A program made the position numbers and the translations under genes. A DNA stretch of 64,000 bases from Candidatus Cloacimonadales bacterium. Its GTDB lineage: Bacteria; Cloacimonadota; Cloacimonadia; Cloacimonadales; JAFGVF01. Location: NCBI GenBank assembly GCA_963667035.1, contig OY762964.1, forward strand, positions 480,001 through 544,000, written 5' to 3'. Positions 60,251 to 64,000 of this stretch are shown here, in pieces (positions within the stretch are counted from its first letter, which is position 1; every line of letters begins with the position of its first letter). The notes beneath the pieces were generated by a model that had not been told where the DNA came from, did not search any database, and saw nothing but the letters and a program-made list of their open reading frames with translations.

Positions 60251-60724
60251 ATGAGAAGTGAATATTTGGTGAAGATTGAAGATTTTGCTATGCAAGCATG
60301 CACTGAACATGGAGTTTCCTTGTATGACGTAGAGGAAAAAGAAACCTCTAAAGGCTTAGTGATTCTAATATATATTAATAAAATAGGTGGAGTCTCAGTG
60401 GATGATTGTACTGCCGTAAGTAGAGATGTGGATACAAGAATTGAAGCTGAGAGTCTTATTAAAGAAGCTTACATGCTTGAAGTTTCTTCTCCCGGTATCG
60501 AAAGAGAATTAAAGTTTAAAAAGCACTATGCAAGTGCAATAAACGAGATAATAAAAGTTGAATATTCCGTAGGAGAAAAGCGGGAAACAATAATTGGTGT
60601 TTTAGAAGAAGTCTCTCCCGAAGTCATCAGGATTAAAGGAGAAGATGATCAACAGATAATATCCTTTGAGTCAATACACAAGGCTCGGACCTATTTTGAT
60701 TTTAAAAAAGGGAGTGGGAAATGA
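60251..60724 (+). CDS. rimP: Ribosome maturation factor RimP
   Basis: GVSVDDC..VSR, YMLEVSSPGIER; synteny with nusA. Confidence 0.96.
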   Translation: MRSEYLVKIEDFAMQACTEHGVSLYDVEEKETSKGLVILIYINKIGGVSVDDCTAVSRDVDTRIEAESLIKEAYMLEVSSPGIERELKFKKHYASAINEIIKVEYSVGEKRETIIGVLEEVSPEVIRIKGEDDQQIISFESIHKARTYFDFKKGSGK

Positions 60725-61956
60725 GTTCCAATATCGCTTCAATACTTTCCAATTTAGCCAATATAAAACAGTTAGATGCTAAAGCATTGCAGACTATTAT
60801 TGCCGAAAGTATTCATAGTGCTCTAGCAAAAAAAATGGTTCCTGAGAATGAATTGGAAGTAATTGCAGATTTTGAAAATAATGATTTCTTCGTACGTTTA
60901 AAGAAAATTGTTGTGCTTACAGACAGAAATCTGGGAGAGCTTTCTTTAGCTCAAGCCAGAGCAATGTATGGAGACCATGTTGATTTAGGTGATTGTTATG
61001 AAACAGTTATTCCGATTGGAGATTTGGAACCCAAGATTATTAAAATTGCCAGAAAAGCTATACTGGAACGCATCAAAGATTTGGAAGAAGATAGAATCAG
61101 ATATGACTATGAAAAACAAAAAAATACAATTGTTTCGGGCATAGTCAGAAGAATTGATTATAATGGCATAGTTGTAAATATTGGTTATACTGATGCTCTG
61201 CTTGCTAATGACCAACAGATTGAAGATGAATATTTCAAGGTTGGTGATGTGATAAGAGCTTATGTTGTGAATATTGCTCAAAAGAGAAGTGGAATTCAGG
61301 TTGTTCTTTCCAGAACAAATCCGGAGTTTGTACATAAATTGTTTGAATTGGAAGTTCCTGAAATATATAAAAGTGATGTTGAAATCATAAAAATAGTTCG
61401 TGAACCCGGAATACGCTCAAAGATTGTTGTTGTTTCGCATAACTCTAAGATTGATCCTTACGGAGCTTGCTTAGGAGAGAAGGGAAATCGCATTGATCAG
61501 GTTAGAAAAGAGCTTCATGGTGAGCAAATTGATATTATTGTCCATGATGATAATCCTGAAGAGATGATTGCTAATGCAGTAGGTAATGACCTTGTAGAGA
61601 GAATTATTGTTGCGGAAAGAGGTAAATTTGCAAGCGTAATCGTAACTGAAAGAAATAAGAACCTAGCTATTGGTAAGAGTGGTAAGAACGTTAAACTTGC
61701 AGCCAAATTAACAGGTTATAAATTGGATATATACACATTCGAAGAATATGAAGGCAAATTGGCCGCTGAAAGAAGAATTACAAGTTATGTGACAGAGTTA
61801 GACGGTGTAACCGATAAAATCGGTAATATCTTGAGAGAACATGGGTATACAGCTGTACAAGATATTTACAATGCTTCTGTTGACGAATTGTGTAGACTTG
61901 AAGGTATTGGAGAGAAAACAGCTGAGAAATTAATTGAAGCTGCTCAATCATTCTAA
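60721..61956 (+). CDS. nusA: Transcription termination/antitermination factor NusA
   Basis: LSRT, LEVPEI, REPGIRSK, AIGKSGKNVKLA; C-terminal HhH/AR-like domain. Confidence 0.98.
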   Translation: MSSNIASILSNLANIKQLDAKALQTIIAESIHSALAKKMVPENELEVIADFENNDFFVRLKKIVVLTDRNLGELSLAQARAMYGDHVDLGDCYETVIPIGDLEPKIIKIARKAILERIKDLEEDRIRYDYEKQKNTIVSGIVRRIDYNGIVVNIGYTDALLANDQQIEDEYFKVGDVIRAYVVNIAQKRSGIQVVLSRTNPEFVHKLFELEVPEIYKSDVEIIKIVREPGIRSKIVVVSHNSKIDPYGACLGEKGNRIDQVRKELHGEQIDIIVHDDNPEEMIANAVGNDLVERIIVAERGKFASVIVTERNKNLAIGKSGKNVKLAAKLTGYKLDIYTFEEYEGKLAAERRITSYVTELDGVTDKIGNILREHGYTAVQDIYNASVDELCRLEGIGEKTAEKLIEAAQSF

Positions 61957-62204
61957 TGCCTAATAAATCATCAAAGGCAAATCATATTGTTGAAAGAAGT
62001 TGTGTGATTTGCAGAGTGAAAAAGAATAAAAGTGAATTATTGAGATTTATCTCATTTGACGGAAGACAGGTTTTTGACCTTAAAAATGTAATCCAGGCAC
62101 GAGGATTTTATATATGTAATGATAATGCATGTTTGAGTCGTCTGGAACAGTGGATAAAAAAGAAGAGACCGTGGTTAATAAAGAAAAAACTAAAGATAAG
62201 TTAA
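61956..62204 (+). CDS. ylxR: YlxR/DUF448 family RNA-binding protein
   Basis: RSCVICR..K.ELLRF, ARGFYIC...C; synteny. Confidence 0.88.
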   Translation: MPNKSSKANHIVERSCVICRVKKNKSELLRFISFDGRQVFDLKNVIQARGFYICNDNACLSRLEQWIKKKRPWLIKKKLKIS

Positions 62205-62497
62205 AGAGCTTATTGCAGTTTGCCAGAAAAGCCGGAGTAGTTCAGGTTGGCTTTGATGCAACAGTAAGGTGTTGTTTGAAAGGCAAGAGTTATCTTATAC
62301 TATATGCAGAAGATTTAGCTGAGAATAGTAGAAAGAGATTGCTGAGAGTTATCGAAGAGACCGGCTTACCTGCTTATGAAGTGTTAACCAAGAAAGATAT
62401 GAGTGAATTGTTTGACCGCCAAGAGATTGGTATAATCAGTGTCAATGATGTGAACTTTGCAAATGGATTGAAAAAGCATTTGAAGTCCATTGAATAA
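62171..62497 (+). CDS. ylxQ: L7Ae/YlxQ family RNA-binding protein
   Basis: LQFARKAG..QVG, ILYAEDLAENS; GTG 62171 likely start; synteny. Confidence 0.85.
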   Translation: MVNKEKTKDKLKSLLQFARKAGVVQVGFDATVRCCLKGKSYLILYAEDLAENSRKRLLRVIEETGLPAYEVLTKKDMSELFDRQEIGIISVNDVNFANGLKKHLKSIE

Positions 62498-62517
62498 AAT
62501 TTAAATTGGAGGATGTT

Positions 62518-64000
62518 GTGCCATCCAGAGTACATGAACTTGCAAAAGAACTAAAAATTTCGACAACTGCTCTGAAAAAGCATTTGGCTGATGTTGGGGT
62601 TAAAGTTAAAAGCCACATGAGTATTGTTGAAGATGATGTTGCCGTAAAGATAAGAAAGATGTTTGATGATCAGGTAAAAGCTGTCAAAATGATGGAAACT
62701 GACAGAAGAAGATTGCACACTCCTCGTCCCAAGATGAATGAATCAGTGAAGATTGAAGAACCCTTACAAAAGGAAGAATCAATCATCGAAACCCCAAAAG
62801 TTAGTCAGAACGAGGAGCCAATTAAATCTGAGTCTGCCCCCAAGTCGCAACCACAACAACAAAGAAAACCGGAAGCTCCGAGACAAGAAAAGCCGGCTTA
62901 TTTGAAAAACTTTGGTGAGCAAAGTAGAAATGATGACCGACGCGGTGAAAGAGATAATCGTCAGAGAGCACCTCGTGACAATCGTAGTTATCAACCTAGA
63001 GATAATCAAAGTCGTGATAATAGTCAAAGACCACCTCGTGACAATCGTGGTTATCAATCTAGAGATAATAGAGACAGTAGAGGTTATCAACCTAGAGATA
63101 ATCAAAGTCGTGATAATGGTCAAAGACCACCTCGTGATAATCGTGGTTATCAACCAAGAGATAACAGAGACAGTAGAGGTTATCAACCTAGAGATAGTCA
63201 AGGTCGTGATAATGGTCAAAGACCACCTCGCGATAATCGTGGTTATCAACCAAGAGATAACAGAGACAGTAGAGGTTACCAGCCTAGAGATAATTCGGGT
63301 TATCAACCTCGAGGCAATAGAAATGACCAGCAGAAACCTTACGATAATAGAAACAGTAATTATAAAGGTAGAACAGATAATAGGAATCGTATTGAAGGTA
63401 AGGATGCTTACGGTAAAAATGATAATCGTGACAGCAGACCTTCCAGACCAAGACCTCCAAGAGAGAATAGAACTGACAAACAAACTCAGGAATTGGTGGT
63501 TCCTAATACCAGTGTAGTAAATAAAAGATACGATAAAAAGAAAAAAGCCGATGAGTATGGTGATCAAAGTCGTCATATTAAGGCAAAGCAAATGTCCATG
63601 AAGAAGAAAGGGGCAAAGTACAGTGTTGTTGATGTTGATGAAGCAGCAAGGACTATTAAATCTACCCTTTCTAAGAAAAAGAAAAAGAAATACGAGAAGA
63701 GAACTCAATCTACAGACCATTTAAAAGAAAGAGAGATTACTGTTAGTGAGTTCACCTCGGTAAATGAACTTGCAAAACTAATGGATATTAATCCATCTGA
63801 GATTATCGCTAAATTCTTCCTCATGGGTAAGATGGTGACCATAAATCAAAGATTGGATAAAGATTCTCTTGAGCTTATTTGTGATGAATTTGAAGTAAAT
63901 TTCAAGTTTGCCGATGAGTTTGGAACAGAGATTTTATCAACTGATGAAGAGGAATTCGAAAATGCTGAAGATGTTTCAAGACCACCAATTGTAACTATAA
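62518..64000 (+). CDS. infB: Translation initiation factor IF-2, 3' truncated by the window end
   Basis: GTG with GGAGG RBS, MPSRVHELAKEL, later SVNELAKLMDI..IIAKFFLMGKMVTINQRLD, ends RPPIVTI just before the G-domain. Confidence 0.96.
   Translation, partial: MPSRVHELAKELKISTTALKKHLADVGVKVKSHMSIVEDDVAVKIRKMFDDQVKAVKMMETDRRRLHTPRPKMNESVKIEEPLQKEESIIETPKVSQNEEPIKSESAPKSQPQQQRKPEAPRQEKPAYLKNFGEQSRNDDRRGERDNRQRAPRDNRSYQPRDNQSRDNSQRPPRDNRGYQSRDNRDSRGYQPRDNQSRDNGQRPPRDNRGYQPRDNRDSRGYQPRDSQGRDNGQRPPRDNRGYQPRDNRDSRGYQPRDNSGYQPRGNRNDQQKPYDNRNSNYKGRTDNRNRIEGKDAYGKNDNRDSRPSRPRPPRENRTDKQTQELVVPNTSVVNKRYDKKKKADEYGDQSRHIKAKQMSMKKKGAKYSVVDVDEAARTIKSTLSKKKKKKYEKRTQSTDHLKEREITVSEFTSVNELAKLMDINPSEIIAKFFLMGKMVTINQRLDKDSLELICDEFEVNFKFADEFGTEILSTDEEEFENAEDVSRPPIVTI
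62965..63312 (+). repeat. In-frame 96-bp (32-aa) tandem repeat in the IF-2 N-terminal linker
   Basis: caaagaccacctcg recurs at 63025, 63121 and 63217; unit QRPPRDNRGYQ(S/P)RDNRDSRGYQPRD(N/S)Q(S/G)RDNG. Confidence 0.9.

Noticed and set aside
62779..63720. 313-aa (-) and 201-aa (+) hydrophobic repeat ORFs
   Set aside because: Shadow frames of the infB tandem repeat

Overview
AT-rich bacterial chromosomal window, probably from an anaerobic FCB-group organism. Ca. Cloacimonadota is my inference, from several secreted proteins ending in 'NPFNP...GxYFYK...KMxxxK' sorting-type domains, a gingipain-like C25 protease and ferredoxin oxidoreductases. Housekeeping blocks are valS, iorAB, a four-subunit 2-oxoacid:ferredoxin oxidoreductase operon with mce, aspS-purN-mtaB, folC-amrB-amrA, purA, pdp and rimP-nusA-ylxR-ylxQ-infB. 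These alternate with accessory blocks: an IS1182 element inserted in the valS terminator, pseudogene relics (RloB-like; MBOAT with an in-frame TAG) and an array of large secreted beta-helix proteins. Most unusual signals: (1) two homologous 90-bp palindromes built from CACTG/CAGTG motifs phased every 11 bp, with compensatory changes, each between divergent genes; (2) a cassette-like array of secreted proteins with REP-like spacers, conserved/variable mosaic paralogs and orphan stop-ending CTD tails left upstream of other secreted genes; (3) IS1182 flanked by an inverted rather than direct copy of its target hairpin; (4) a signal-peptide 2[4Fe-4S] ferredoxin fused to a surface-sorting domain; (5) an unassigned ~180-nt structured RNA candidate. 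No rRNA, tRNA, CRISPR array or reverse transcriptase was recognised. All family calls come from motif recognition by eye, not database searches.
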